From: Bacteroidota bacterium
GTDB taxonomy: Bacteria > Bacteroidota > Bacteroidia > Bacteroidales > F082
Reading direction: 5' to 3'
Assembly: GCA_020444415.1 (NCBI GenBank)
Contig: JAHLLA010000011.1
Span: forward strand, 3,684 to 67,683
Length of the DNA: 64,000 bases
This document shows positions 7,794 through 16,725 of the stretch, piece after piece; the stretch's first letter is position 1, and each line of letters starts with the position of its first letter. The position numbers and the translations under genes were made by a program. The notes below the pieces were generated by a model. That model had not been told where the DNA came from and searched no databases. It worked only from the letters and a program-made list of their open reading frames with translations.

Positions 7794-9617
7794 ATGAAAG
7801 CACATTCATTTCATATACCCGTTATGGGCATTGGATTTACCATTGATACACCTTTAAAGGTTTCACAATACGGCATCGACTCGGTTATTTCGTTAGTTGA
7901 CGATATGCTGCTGGAGAAATTAAGAAAAATGTACTGCAACAAATATGATATTCCTTATGAGGAAATAAGTTTTAAAACAGACGATTTCAGGGCGAAAAGG
8001 ATCACAGCCTACCTGAATTTAATCAACATGCTGTCGAAAAAACAATTTGAAGATTTAAAAAATAGCTCACGGGAAGGTGGTCAAAAGTTGAAACGATTTT
8101 TCAATATGTTGCCCAACAATTCGGCCATAAAACAAAAATTTAAAAAACTAACCTCGGGAGATTTTCAGCCGGATCAAATAAAAAACTGGCTGGATGAAAA
8201 CCTAACAATGGGCAGCATTGATGTAAATATCATGACCAAAATTGATAAAGAAAATTATAAGAACGGTGTTAAATTACCCATTGAATATAACGATGCACAC
8301 GCTGCCATCAGGGGATTTGCCAACAGCGACCTGAATGCTTCCGTGGTGCTTTCAGCAGGTATGAGTCCCCGTTTGTACAGCTATTTGGAAAATTTTGATG
8401 ATTTCTACCCCGACGAAAACGGACACATTAAAAAGAAAATCGTGCTGAAAGTCAGTGATTATAAATCAGCCTTCATTCAGGGAAAATTCCTGGCGAAAAA
8501 AGGTTTATGGGTTTCGGAATACAGAATTGAATCTGGTTTGAACTGCGGAGGGCACGCTTTTGCCACCCAAGGATACCTGCTAGGCCCTATTTTAGAAGAG
8601 TTTACAAATCATCGTACCAACCTGTTGCATCAAACCCATGAAATACTGGCACAGGCACTGACTACTAAAAATATTCAATTACCCAAACAAGAATTACCGA
8701 TAAAAATTACCGTTCAGGGAGGTGTGGGCACAGCCGAAGAACATCAGTTCCTGATCGATCATTACCAGATGGATTCTGTTGGATGGGGCACGCCTTTCCT
8801 GTTAGTACCTGAAGCCACCACCGTTGATGAATTTACTTTGAAGCAGTTAATGGCAGCCAGGGAAAGGGATTTGTATTTAAGTAATATTTCACCCCTTGGC
8901 GTTCCTTTCAACAGCCTGAAAGGCAATACAAAAGACCTTGAAAAGCAATCATTGATCGCACAGGGAATACCCGGTAGCAAATGTTCTAAAAAATACATCA
9001 CGCTGAGCAATGAGTTTTCTGAAAAAACGATGTGTACAGCATCCCGGCAATACCAGCGATTGAAATTACAGGAGCTTGAAAATGAAGGATTACCTCCTGA
9101 TGATTACCGGGAAAAAGTACAAAAAGTCCTTAATAAATCATGTATTTGCGTCGGGTTGGGAACATCTGCCCTGCTGGCCAATAAGTTGGAAACGAAAAGC
9201 GAAGGCAATGGAGTTTCCATTTGTCCCGGACCCAACCTGGCCTATTTTTCAAAATCATTAAGCCTGAAGGAGATGACCGATCATATTTACGGTCGCTTAA
9301 ATGTGATTACCAGGAAGGAGAGACCACATATGTTTATAAAAGAATTGCATATTTATATCGACTATCTGAAATCTAAAATGGAAGAATTGAAGAACTCTAC
9401 CTCATCGAAACAAGAGCAATATGCAGCGACTTTTGCCGATAACCTGAAAGATGGTATTTCTTATTATCAGAAATTATTCGATGAATTAAAAGACTGGTTT
9501 GAAGATTCCAAACATGACATTTTTCAAGAACTGGAAACCAGTAAGCAAGTTTTGCATTTGTTAACCCATAAAACTAAAATTCCTGCATCGCCAATTGTTT
9601 ATGCAATGAATACATAG
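7794..9617 (+). CDS. large conserved hypothetical protein with possible NMO/FabK/PfaD-like FMN TIM-barrel core
   Basis: It is a long uninterrupted ORF. It shows weak motif resemblance to nitronate-monooxygenase/enoyl-reductase barrels (IPVMGIG ... YRIESGLNCGGHAF ... ITVQGGVGTAEE). The rest is not recognisable. Confidence 0.45.
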   Translation: MKAHSFHIPVMGIGFTIDTPLKVSQYGIDSVISLVDDMLLEKLRKMYCNKYDIPYEEISFKTDDFRAKRITAYLNLINMLSKKQFEDLKNSSREGGQKLKRFFNMLPNNSAIKQKFKKLTSGDFQPDQIKNWLDENLTMGSIDVNIMTKIDKENYKNGVKLPIEYNDAHAAIRGFANSDLNASVVLSAGMSPRLYSYLENFDDFYPDENGHIKKKIVLKVSDYKSAFIQGKFLAKKGLWVSEYRIESGLNCGGHAFATQGYLLGPILEEFTNHRTNLLHQTHEILAQALTTKNIQLPKQELPIKITVQGGVGTAEEHQFLIDHYQMDSVGWGTPFLLVPEATTVDEFTLKQLMAARERDLYLSNISPLGVPFNSLKGNTKDLEKQSLIAQGIPGSKCSKKYITLSNEFSEKTMCTASRQYQRLKLQELENEGLPPDDYREKVQKVLNKSCICVGLGTSALLANKLETKSEGNGVSICPGPNLAYFSKSLSLKEMTDHIYGRLNVITRKERPHMFIKELHIYIDYLKSKMEELKNSTSSKQEQYAATFADNLKDGISYYQKLFDELKDWFEDSKHDIFQELETSKQVLHLLTHKTKIPASPIVYAMNT

Positions 9618-9630
9618 ACACGGTAACTTA

Positions 9631-10029
9631 TCAAAGTTGCATTTCACTGATCACCTTTCCCAGATCAGTCAATAAAATCAAATAGCGACATAAGTTCTGG
9701 TTCCTGATGATCACTTCGTAATTGATGCTATTCCCTTTATTGATCAATACCACATTCATGATTTCTCCTTTGTGCTCAAGCTTCGTTTTTATAGATTCAG
9801 GAAGAAACTTTGCGGGCATGAACATTTTGTATGATTCCAGAATGCCTTCTTTGCTATAATGGGCGATATGCTCAATATCATCTTGATAAAATATGGCTTC
9901 ATAATAATGTTCCTTTTTAAACCAATCAATATTTATAGCACCAGGGAAATTCTCGTCAAATTGCTGAAGGCAACTATCCGGTGGTTGTATTGTCTCACTT
10001 ATTAATATCTTTTTTGCTAAATTTTCCAC
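9631..10029 (-). CDS. PepSY-like (DUF2874-type) two-repeat protein, co-transcribed with the ECF sigma factor
   Basis: The pattern repeats twice (F..FP.A....W.K...YEA.F......E....YS.EG and LP..I...L...G.I......YEV.I). It lies 48 nt downstream of the sigma gene on the same strand. Confidence 0.5.
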   Translation of the reverse strand: MENLAKKILISETIQPPDSCLQQFDENFPGAINIDWFKKEHYYEAIFYQDDIEHIAHYSKEGILESYKMFMPAKFLPESIKTKLEHKGEIMNVVLINKGNSINYEVIIRNQNLCRYLILLTDLGKVISEMQL

Positions 10030-10077
10030 TTGGCATTGTTTTGTATATGGACGAAAAAAATCATGAAAGTAACCAGA

Positions 10078-10647
10078 TTATCTGTTTGAATATTTTTGTA
10101 AATACAAATAAATAACCCTTGTCCGGGCCCTTTTCAGGCGCATTTTTACCGCATCTTCACTGATCCGCAATGCACTGCCAATTTGTTTTAACGACAATTC
10201 ATCCTGGTATTTCATCAACAGCAACGCTTTTTCTTCGGGATGTACCATTTCTAATATCAACAACAAGTTTTCGTAATTAATATCCTCAATAGGCTCTTCG
10301 GTTTCATCTATTATTTCAGGTATGTTGTTTTCACTGGCCCAATTGGGATAGTGCATGTTTTTCTTTTCCCTCAGATAATCGATACAATGATTATATGTGA
10401 TTGAATACAACCAGGAAGAGAAAGAAGATAATTGTCTGAATGAAGGAAGCTTTTCGTACACTTTTGAAAAAATATCAGTAGCCAACTCCTCAGCTAGTTT
10501 CCTGTTTTTTACAAGGCTATAACACTTATCCAGCACCTTATAATGATACCTGTTGTAGAGTATTTCAAAATATTTCGAAGAATTCTCAGCCCTCATCCTG
10601 CTGATGATCTCGTCATCTTTTAATAACTCTATGGACTCATTTTTCAT
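10078..10647 (-). CDS. ECF-type sigma-70 family RNA polymerase sigma factor
   Basis: It has a region 2 (ATDIFSKVYEKL ... FSSWLYSITYNHCIDYLR) and a region 4 HTH (LSLKQIGSALRISEDAVKMRLKRAR). The start is set at the Met of MKNES because a -7 box sits 22 nt upstream. Confidence 0.8.
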   Translation of the reverse strand: MKNESIELLKDDEIISRMRAENSSKYFEILYNRYHYKVLDKCYSLVKNRKLAEELATDIFSKVYEKLPSFRQLSSFSSWLYSITYNHCIDYLREKKNMHYPNWASENNIPEIIDETEEPIEDINYENLLLILEMVHPEEKALLLMKYQDELSLKQIGSALRISEDAVKMRLKRARTRVIYLYLQKYSNR

Positions 10648-10668
10648 TGTAAGCATCATGTAATATGA

Positions 10669-10676
10669 CAAATATA
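10669..10676 (-). promoter_or_regulatory. candidate -7 box (TAnnTTTG) for the ECF sigma operon
   Basis: The reverse complement reads TATATTTG and lies 22 nt upstream of ATG 10647. Confidence 0.4.
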
Positions 10677-10823
10677 GGAGAATATACCCAAACTTAACGC
10701 ACATAACAGACATTGAAAAGCCTTTCAAATCTTCATTATAAAAATATTTTTCCGAAAGCGTTACCTTATGGTATACTTACGTCTAAATATCAACTTAAAT
10801 GAATTTTATTATCAAATCAAAAA

Positions 10824-11462
10824 ATGAAAATGAACACAAATCAAATGAATAAAAAAATGAAAATTAAATTTTTATCAGGCATTGCGACCCTGGGTTTAGC
10901 AATCTTGTTATTTTCCAGTTGCGCTAAACTTCCCCAGGCTGAAATTGACACTGCTAATGTTGCCATTGAAGAAGCCAGAGTGTCAGGTGCTGAAATCTAT
11001 GCCAAAGACAATTTTATTGCCTTAAAAGATTCCATGAAATCAGTAATGGAAAACATTGAATTTGAAAATTCTAAATTTTTCAAAAGCTTTAGCATAGCCA
11101 TAACAGACCTCGAAGGAGTTACCCAGTTTGCACTGGAAGTAAAAATGGAAACTGCTACGAAGAAAGAAGAATTAAAATCCGAAATCCAAGCCACCATTGC
11201 AGAAGTAAAATCACTGCTGGAAATTAACAACCTGCTCATTCTGGATGCACCTAAAGGTAAAGAAGGTACGAGTGCACTGGTTGCCATAAAAGGTGAATTA
11301 GCTGCCATTGAAACTTCTATTCAGCAAGCCAGCGCCATGATGGAAAGCGAAGATTACATCGCCACCCTGGATAAAGCAAAAGCTGCTAAAGAAAAAGCAT
11401 CTGCTATCAATGCTGAATTGTTAGAAGTAATTGCCAAATACAAAAAGAATAAAAGGGTCTAA
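10824..11462 (+). CDS. lipoprotein, helical/coiled, DUF4398-like N-terminal region
   Basis: It has a signal peptide with a lipobox (LLFSSC). The pattern AEIDTANVAIEEARVSGAEIYAKDNF resembles DUF4398 lipoproteins. The true start may be the internal Met at 10857. Confidence 0.5.
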   Translation: MKMNTNQMNKKMKIKFLSGIATLGLAILLFSSCAKLPQAEIDTANVAIEEARVSGAEIYAKDNFIALKDSMKSVMENIEFENSKFFKSFSIAITDLEGVTQFALEVKMETATKKEELKSEIQATIAEVKSLLEINNLLILDAPKGKEGTSALVAIKGELAAIETSIQQASAMMESEDYIATLDKAKAAKEKASAINAELLEVIAKYKKNKRV

Positions 11463-11487
11463 ATCATAAGAGCAAGACTTAAAATGA

Positions 11488-11516
11488 CCCCGGATGATTA
11501 ACTTCCGGGGTTTTTT
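11488..11516 (+). terminator. rho-independent terminator
   Basis: The hairpin CCCCGGA-n9-TCCGGGG is followed by TTTTTT, 26 nt after the stop at 11462. Confidence 0.8.
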
Positions 11517-11538
11517 AATGAAAAATGCATTTTAAAAC

Positions 11539-12642
11539 ATGAAACGTCGCATACTGATCTGGCTTTTGGTAGTTTTTATCCCTATAATTTCCGGTGTAGC
11601 TTATATTTTTATAACATGGCAAAAGCCACCTGTTGCAGAGTTATCTGAAGCCAGGCTAAGTCTTTCTGATGCCGAAAAGGTGAACAGGTCACCATCTGCA
11701 GAAATTATATTTCAACGTGCGGTATCCCAATATGATTCAGCCATGCTTTTATGGCAATTAGAAAATGACAAAATATTCTTTCTCAGGAATTACAATCAAG
11801 TTATAAGACTATCCGATCAGTCCAAACAACTGGCAAAGGCTTCCATAGAAAAGGCGAAATCAGAGAATTCCGACATGAAAGAAATACTGCTACAGCGGAA
11901 AAAACAATTAACTAAACTTATTGATTATTACCTGTCCGTTTTTAAGCATTTGCCACTCAGCAAATCACAAAGAAACGAATGGACCAAAGGCAGGATGTTG
12001 TTGCAGGAAGGTATTTTCGCCTACAATAAGGAAAATTATGAACTGACGATCCAAAAATTTGATTCAGCCGAATTATTCATTAAGCGGATTATGAATTATT
12101 CAACCCGGCTTATTGAAGATTATTTTAAAAGCTATCCTGATTGGAAATACTGGTCAGAAAGCGCCATTGTCCATTCGCGAAAACATAAAACGAACTGTGT
12201 TATCATTGATAAATTCGCGCGAAAATGTATGTTTTACAACAAAGGTGTACTTCAATATGAATTTGATATTGAACTGGGACCAAACTGGATAGGCGACAAG
12301 AAACGCCAGGGAGACAAATCAACACCCGAAGGGGTTTATAAAGTTACAAGAAAGAAAAAAAACGGGGAAACCATTTATTATAAAGCCTTATTGCTGAATT
12401 ACCCGAATGAGAATGACAAGAAACGCTTTGTTCAAAACAAAAAAAATGGCGTCATCGCAGGGCATGCCACGATCGGAAATTTAATTGAAATTCATGGCCG
12501 GGGTGGCAAGGGAACGGATTGGACCGACGGATGTATTGCATTGAAAGATACTGATATGGACAAACTTTTTACAGCTTGCCAGGTAGGCACCGAAGTGGTG
12601 ATTGTCGGATCATTAAAAACTTATGACGAGTTACTAAAATAA
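11539..12642 (+). CDS. L,D-transpeptidase (YkuD domain) with long N-terminal helical region
   Basis: The C-terminal catalytic motif is IEIHGRGG...DWTDGCIALKDTDMD (the His/Cys of the YkuD fold). It has an N-terminal membrane anchor. Confidence 0.75.
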   Translation: MKRRILIWLLVVFIPIISGVAYIFITWQKPPVAELSEARLSLSDAEKVNRSPSAEIIFQRAVSQYDSAMLLWQLENDKIFFLRNYNQVIRLSDQSKQLAKASIEKAKSENSDMKEILLQRKKQLTKLIDYYLSVFKHLPLSKSQRNEWTKGRMLLQEGIFAYNKENYELTIQKFDSAELFIKRIMNYSTRLIEDYFKSYPDWKYWSESAIVHSRKHKTNCVIIDKFARKCMFYNKGVLQYEFDIELGPNWIGDKKRQGDKSTPEGVYKVTRKKKNGETIYYKALLLNYPNENDKKRFVQNKKNGVIAGHATIGNLIEIHGRGGKGTDWTDGCIALKDTDMDKLFTACQVGTEVVIVGSLKTYDELLK

Positions 12643-12646
12643 GCAG

Positions 12647-13294
12647 ATGAGGCCAACATTAAAAACCATAGCTATTATTTTCATAGCCGTATTGTTTCTG
12701 GCTGGTTTCTTTCATGGCTTGCAGAAAATCATATGGGCGATGTATCCGGCAAACACCGAAGTTAATTCCTCGCCAGAGCAACTGTTGGCTGCAAAACAAC
12801 AAATTGAATTTGATTTGGCCAAATTGGATAAAAAACTGGCTGCAAAAATCCCCCGCTCCTATTACCTGGTCATCAATACCGCTTCCAACGAATTCTCATT
12901 ATATAAAGGAACCGAATTGATCCGCCAGGATAAATGCTCGACGGGTAGTTACATTTTACTAAAAAATGATGACCAACAGGAATGGATGTTCAAAACGCCC
13001 AAAGGTGAATTCAAAATACAGTCGAAAACTACTTCACCGGTATGGAAAAAACCCGACTGGGCCTTTATCGAAGAAGGTCTGCCCGTGCCATCTGCCAATC
13101 ATTCTTCACGCTTCGAGTATGGCGTACTGGGTGATTATGCGCTTAGCCTTGGACAAGGATACCTGATTCACGGAACGCTTTACCAGCGGTTTTTAGGGCT
13201 TCCGGTTACCCATGGCTGTATCAGATTAAATGATGACAACCTGGAACTCATATCCAATTCACTTTCTATCGGCTCCAAAGTTTTTATTTATTAA
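12647..13294 (+). CDS. L,D-transpeptidase (YkuD domain)
   Basis: It contains YLIHGTLYQRFLGLPVTHGCIRLNDDNLE and has an N-terminal membrane anchor. It starts 4 nt after the previous gene. Confidence 0.75.
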   Translation: MRPTLKTIAIIFIAVLFLAGFFHGLQKIIWAMYPANTEVNSSPEQLLAAKQQIEFDLAKLDKKLAAKIPRSYYLVINTASNEFSLYKGTELIRQDKCSTGSYILLKNDDQQEWMFKTPKGEFKIQSKTTSPVWKKPDWAFIEEGLPVPSANHSSRFEYGVLGDYALSLGQGYLIHGTLYQRFLGLPVTHGCIRLNDDNLELISNSLSIGSKVFIY

Positions 13295-13297
13295 AAG

Positions 13298-14098
13298 ATG
13301 ATGCAAATACCCGGCATAAAGATTCGACAATTAGCTAGGCTAAAAATTGCAGCAGGCTTTTTACTCGTCATTGTGTTCATATTTCTATTCTGCGTAGTTA
13401 TATCGCCACTGCATAAACGAAAAGAATTAGCAAACTTGACAAAAGCCGATACAATCTTTATGAATACTTATAACAACTTGTATGATGATCCTATGCTGGT
13501 GCCACTGAGCCGTCAACTAGCCTATAAAAAAGCACTCATGCACACGTCTGAAAACGACTCCATCAACTTGATTGTTAACCTGAACGACAGTGCCATTCAC
13601 CTGACAATCAATGGTGTGATCATTCACACAACCCGCTTACAATCATTTGATCTGGATCCATTATTATGGAATCTTCCAAACAATGTTTACCACAAAATAT
13701 TTTCCCACCCAATGCGTGTTATTGAAGAATATGCAACGATTGTAAAGGAACCCACTGTGGTCAGGCAGGCTCCTAAAAATCCTGAAGAAGCGGCTATTAA
13801 CGCGTATCAACCCGACACATTGATCCAAAATCCGGCTTTTTTGAGAATGGAACTTGATTATGACATCCATTTGGTATTCGAACAGGATGATAACCCCAGT
13901 TGGAATGATAAAAAAACCCGAATTGGTTTCAGGATGAAATATCTGATTCCGCGAATCATTGAAAGTTTAAAAACTTTTTTCAGTTTTAAAAAACAAACCT
14001 ATTCTCCTGGCATGCTCATTAAAATGCCCGTGAACGATTTGCGGGAAATATATCGGGCTCTGCCAGCCCATGCAAGGGTAGTTATCTATTATTGGTAA
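13298..14098 (+). CDS. membrane-anchored hypothetical protein, third gene of the Ldt cluster
   Basis: The ORF starts 3 nt after the second Ldt gene and has a single N-terminal TM helix. No family is recognised. Confidence 0.6.
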   Translation: MMQIPGIKIRQLARLKIAAGFLLVIVFIFLFCVVISPLHKRKELANLTKADTIFMNTYNNLYDDPMLVPLSRQLAYKKALMHTSENDSINLIVNLNDSAIHLTINGVIIHTTRLQSFDLDPLLWNLPNNVYHKIFSHPMRVIEEYATIVKEPTVVRQAPKNPEEAAINAYQPDTLIQNPAFLRMELDYDIHLVFEQDDNPSWNDKKTRIGFRMKYLIPRIIESLKTFFSFKKQTYSPGMLIKMPVNDLREIYRALPAHARVVIYYW

Positions 14099-14213
14099 TC
14101 TGTATGCGACTGAAACAGCAAATTATCTATAGTTTGTGACCAATTCCAAGATCTGCCCGGATCAGAAAATACATCATAATTTCAATTTTTGTCCGATGGT
14201 GGTGATTATATAG

Positions 14214-14221
14214 TACCTTTG
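14214..14221 (+). promoter_or_regulatory. candidate -7 box with upstream TTTG (-33) at 14188-14191
   Basis: TACCTTTG lies 17 nt upstream of ATG 14239, and a TTTG sits 22 nt further upstream. Confidence 0.5.
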
Positions 14222-14238
14222 CGCCCTTATTTAGGTAT

Positions 14239-15924
14239 ATGAAATTTAATGACTTAGAACTGCAGAAAGATATTTTAAAAGCAGTTGACTCACTCGGGTT
14301 TAAAATCCCAACAGAAATCCAAATCAAAGCCATTCCAGTACTACTTTCCGACACAAAAGATCTTGTAGGCCTGGCACAAACCGGAACCGGTAAAACCGCT
14401 GCATATGGCTTACCATTGGTGCAGCACACTGATTTTAGCAGTAAGAATACACAGGGATTGGTGATTTGTCCAACCCGCGAACTTTGCATGCAAATCACAA
14501 AAGACCTGGAATCCTATTCAAAATTTCAGAACAATCCGGGTATCATTGCCGTTTATGGAGGTGCCAGCATCGAAGATCAGATGCGAAAGATAAAAAAAGG
14601 TATGCAGATCGTGGTCGCTACACCGGGCAGATTACTCGACCTCATTAAAAGAAAAGCTATCAAACTGAGCACGGTTCAACGTGTTATTTTAGATGAAGCA
14701 GATGAAATGCTGAATATGGGATTTAAAGAAGATTTGGATGCCATATTGCAGCAAACGCCTGAAAATAAAAGGGTCTGGTTGTTCTCAGCCACCATGCCCA
14801 AAGAAGTCCGCCGGATCGCCAGTAATTATATGCACGATCCATATGAGATCACCGTTGGCGTCCAAAACAGTTCAGCGGTTAATATTGACCATCGTTATTA
14901 TATGATGATGGAACGCGACCGCTATTATGCGCTCAAAAGGATTCTTGATTTTTATCCGGCCATTTTTGGATTGATATTTTGCAGAACCAGGAGGGAAACA
15001 CAGGTGGTTTCTGAAAAACTGGAAAAAGACGGGTACAATGTCGTTCCATTGCATGGCGATCTTTCGCAGATACAAAGGGATGCCGCCATGAAAAAATTCA
15101 GGGAAAGAACGGCGAAAATACTGGTAGCAACTGACGTAGCTGCCAGAGGTTTGGATGTGGACGACATCACACATGTAATTCATTATAACCTGCCTGACGA
15201 TGTGGAAAATTATACACACAGAAGTGGCAGAACGGCACGCGCAGGCCGATCTGGCATTTCGGCAGCGCTAATCAATACGCGTGAGATCCATAAAATCCGA
15301 CAAATTGAAAAATTAATACAGGTGAAGATCGAATACCATCAAATTCCAGGTGCCGAGGAAATTGGAGAACAGCAAATGTACGCGCTGATGGATAAAGTGA
15401 TCAAAACCCCTGTTGATGAAGATGCTATCGAACGTTACTGGCCTGTGATCTACAAAAAACTCAAAGAATTCACTGCTGAAGACATTGTAATGAAATTTAT
15501 TTCTGCAGAGATCAATACGTTTCTGGAGTATTACAAAAATGCCGGCAACCTTAATGCAAAACAGGAAAAGGAAAGCCGGGGCAGGGATCAGGATAGAAGA
15601 GGACGCGACCGGGACCGGAAAAGCGGAAAACCCAACCGCAATATCGACGGGCCCAAAAAACGGTTTTTTATCAACCTGGGCGATAAACAAAATATGAACA
15701 AGGGGGCACTGGTACGACTCGTTTGTACCGAAGCCGGAATTTCGAGCAACCATGTGGGCCGTATCGAAATCCATCCGGGTTTTTCATTTTTTGAAGTGGA
15801 TGCGAATGTTGCCGACAAAGTGTTGAAGAAAGTAGAAAGTGGCACCTACGAAGGAAAAACATTCAACGTTGAATTCTCACAGGACAGGGATGCTCCCCGG
15901 AAAAAAGGAAAAAAAAGAAGGTAA
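14239..15924 (+). CDS. DEAD-box ATP-dependent RNA helicase (DeaD/CsdA-like) with basic linker and DbpA-type C-terminal domain
   Basis: The motifs AQTGTGKT, DEAD, SAT and HRSGRTARAG are present. The C-terminal part has an RGRD/RDR-rich stretch followed by an RNA-binding-domain-like end. Confidence 0.9.
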   Translation: MKFNDLELQKDILKAVDSLGFKIPTEIQIKAIPVLLSDTKDLVGLAQTGTGKTAAYGLPLVQHTDFSSKNTQGLVICPTRELCMQITKDLESYSKFQNNPGIIAVYGGASIEDQMRKIKKGMQIVVATPGRLLDLIKRKAIKLSTVQRVILDEADEMLNMGFKEDLDAILQQTPENKRVWLFSATMPKEVRRIASNYMHDPYEITVGVQNSSAVNIDHRYYMMMERDRYYALKRILDFYPAIFGLIFCRTRRETQVVSEKLEKDGYNVVPLHGDLSQIQRDAAMKKFRERTAKILVATDVAARGLDVDDITHVIHYNLPDDVENYTHRSGRTARAGRSGISAALINTREIHKIRQIEKLIQVKIEYHQIPGAEEIGEQQMYALMDKVIKTPVDEDAIERYWPVIYKKLKEFTAEDIVMKFISAEINTFLEYYKNAGNLNAKQEKESRGRDQDRRGRDRDRKSGKPNRNIDGPKKRFFINLGDKQNMNKGALVRLVCTEAGISSNHVGRIEIHPGFSFFEVDANVADKVLKKVESGTYEGKTFNVEFSQDRDAPRKKGKKRR

Positions 15925-16027
15925 CCATGTATGGTTTATACTCCAAAGCTCTTAATGCCAGCAGGATTCCCAATACTATTCCCTGGCAAAAAAGTCGTTG
16001 ATCGGTAAATCCCTGAAAATAAAAGCC

Positions 16028-16035
16028 TACCTTTG
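16028..16035 (+). promoter_or_regulatory. candidate -7 box giving a long (about 120 nt) 5' leader for the cold-shock-domain gene
   Basis: TACCTTTG lies about 130 nt upstream of ATG 16164. Confidence 0.35.
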
Positions 16036-16163
16036 CAAAATACGGGTTTGAAAATTTGTGCTTTCATCTACTATTATGCACCTCAGAATTAGTTCATTAC
16101 AGCTCACCTTTTTAAAACCAATTACTTAAGCACTTGATTTTTAATAAAAACTAAAAATAATTT

Positions 16164-16616
16164 ATGGGAAGATCACAAGAAACCTTCAACAAAAAAGAAG
16201 TAAGAAACAAAAAAGAAAAGAAAAGAAAAGACAAAGAAAAAAAGAGACTTGCCAGAAAAGAAAATGAAAAATCAGGCGATATGGAAGATATGATCGCTTA
16301 TGTAGATGAATTTGGCAATCTCACATCCACCCCACCCGACCCGGATAAAAAGAAAAAGGTAAAGCTCGAAGATATCGAGATCGGTGTACCTACACGCGCC
16401 GAAGAAGAAGAAATGGATCCAATCAGAAAAGGTACTGTCAGCTTTTTTAATGATTCCAAAGGATTTGGATTCATCAGGGATTCTGAAACCAAAGAAAGTG
16501 TTTTCGTACACGCTAACAATCTGCTCGAAGAAATTAAAGAGGGCAACCTCGTAAGTTTTGAGGTGGAAATGGGACATAAAGGGCCTACTGCCGTTAAAGT
16601 GAAACTTATCAGATAA
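16164..16616 (+). CDS. cold-shock-domain protein with lysine-rich N-terminal extension
   Basis: The C-terminal CSD has RNP-like motifs (KGFGFI and VFVH). The N-terminal 80 aa or so are K/E-rich and low in complexity. Confidence 0.85.
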   Translation: MGRSQETFNKKEVRNKKEKKRKDKEKKRLARKENEKSGDMEDMIAYVDEFGNLTSTPPDPDKKKKVKLEDIEIGVPTRAEEEEMDPIRKGTVSFFNDSKGFGFIRDSETKESVFVHANNLLEEIKEGNLVSFEVEMGHKGPTAVKVKLIR

Positions 16617-16682
16617 ATTCCACCCTACCATTAGGCCGATTACATAGCTGGCATCCCGATTCTGGCAGTATGACAATTTTAT

Positions 16683-16690
16683 TATATTTG
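16683..16690 (+). promoter_or_regulatory. candidate -7 box
   Basis: TATATTTG lies 35 nt upstream of ATG 16726. Confidence 0.4.
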
Positions 16691-16725
16691 TAACTACTGC
16701 TAAATCACTTATTACCTTCACTCAA

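Noticed and set aside
10648-10728. A 27-aa N-terminal extension of the ECF sigma ORF.
   Set aside because: The extension is hydrophobic and unlike sigma region 1/2. A -7 box at 10669-10676 lies within it, 22 nt upstream of the internal ATG.
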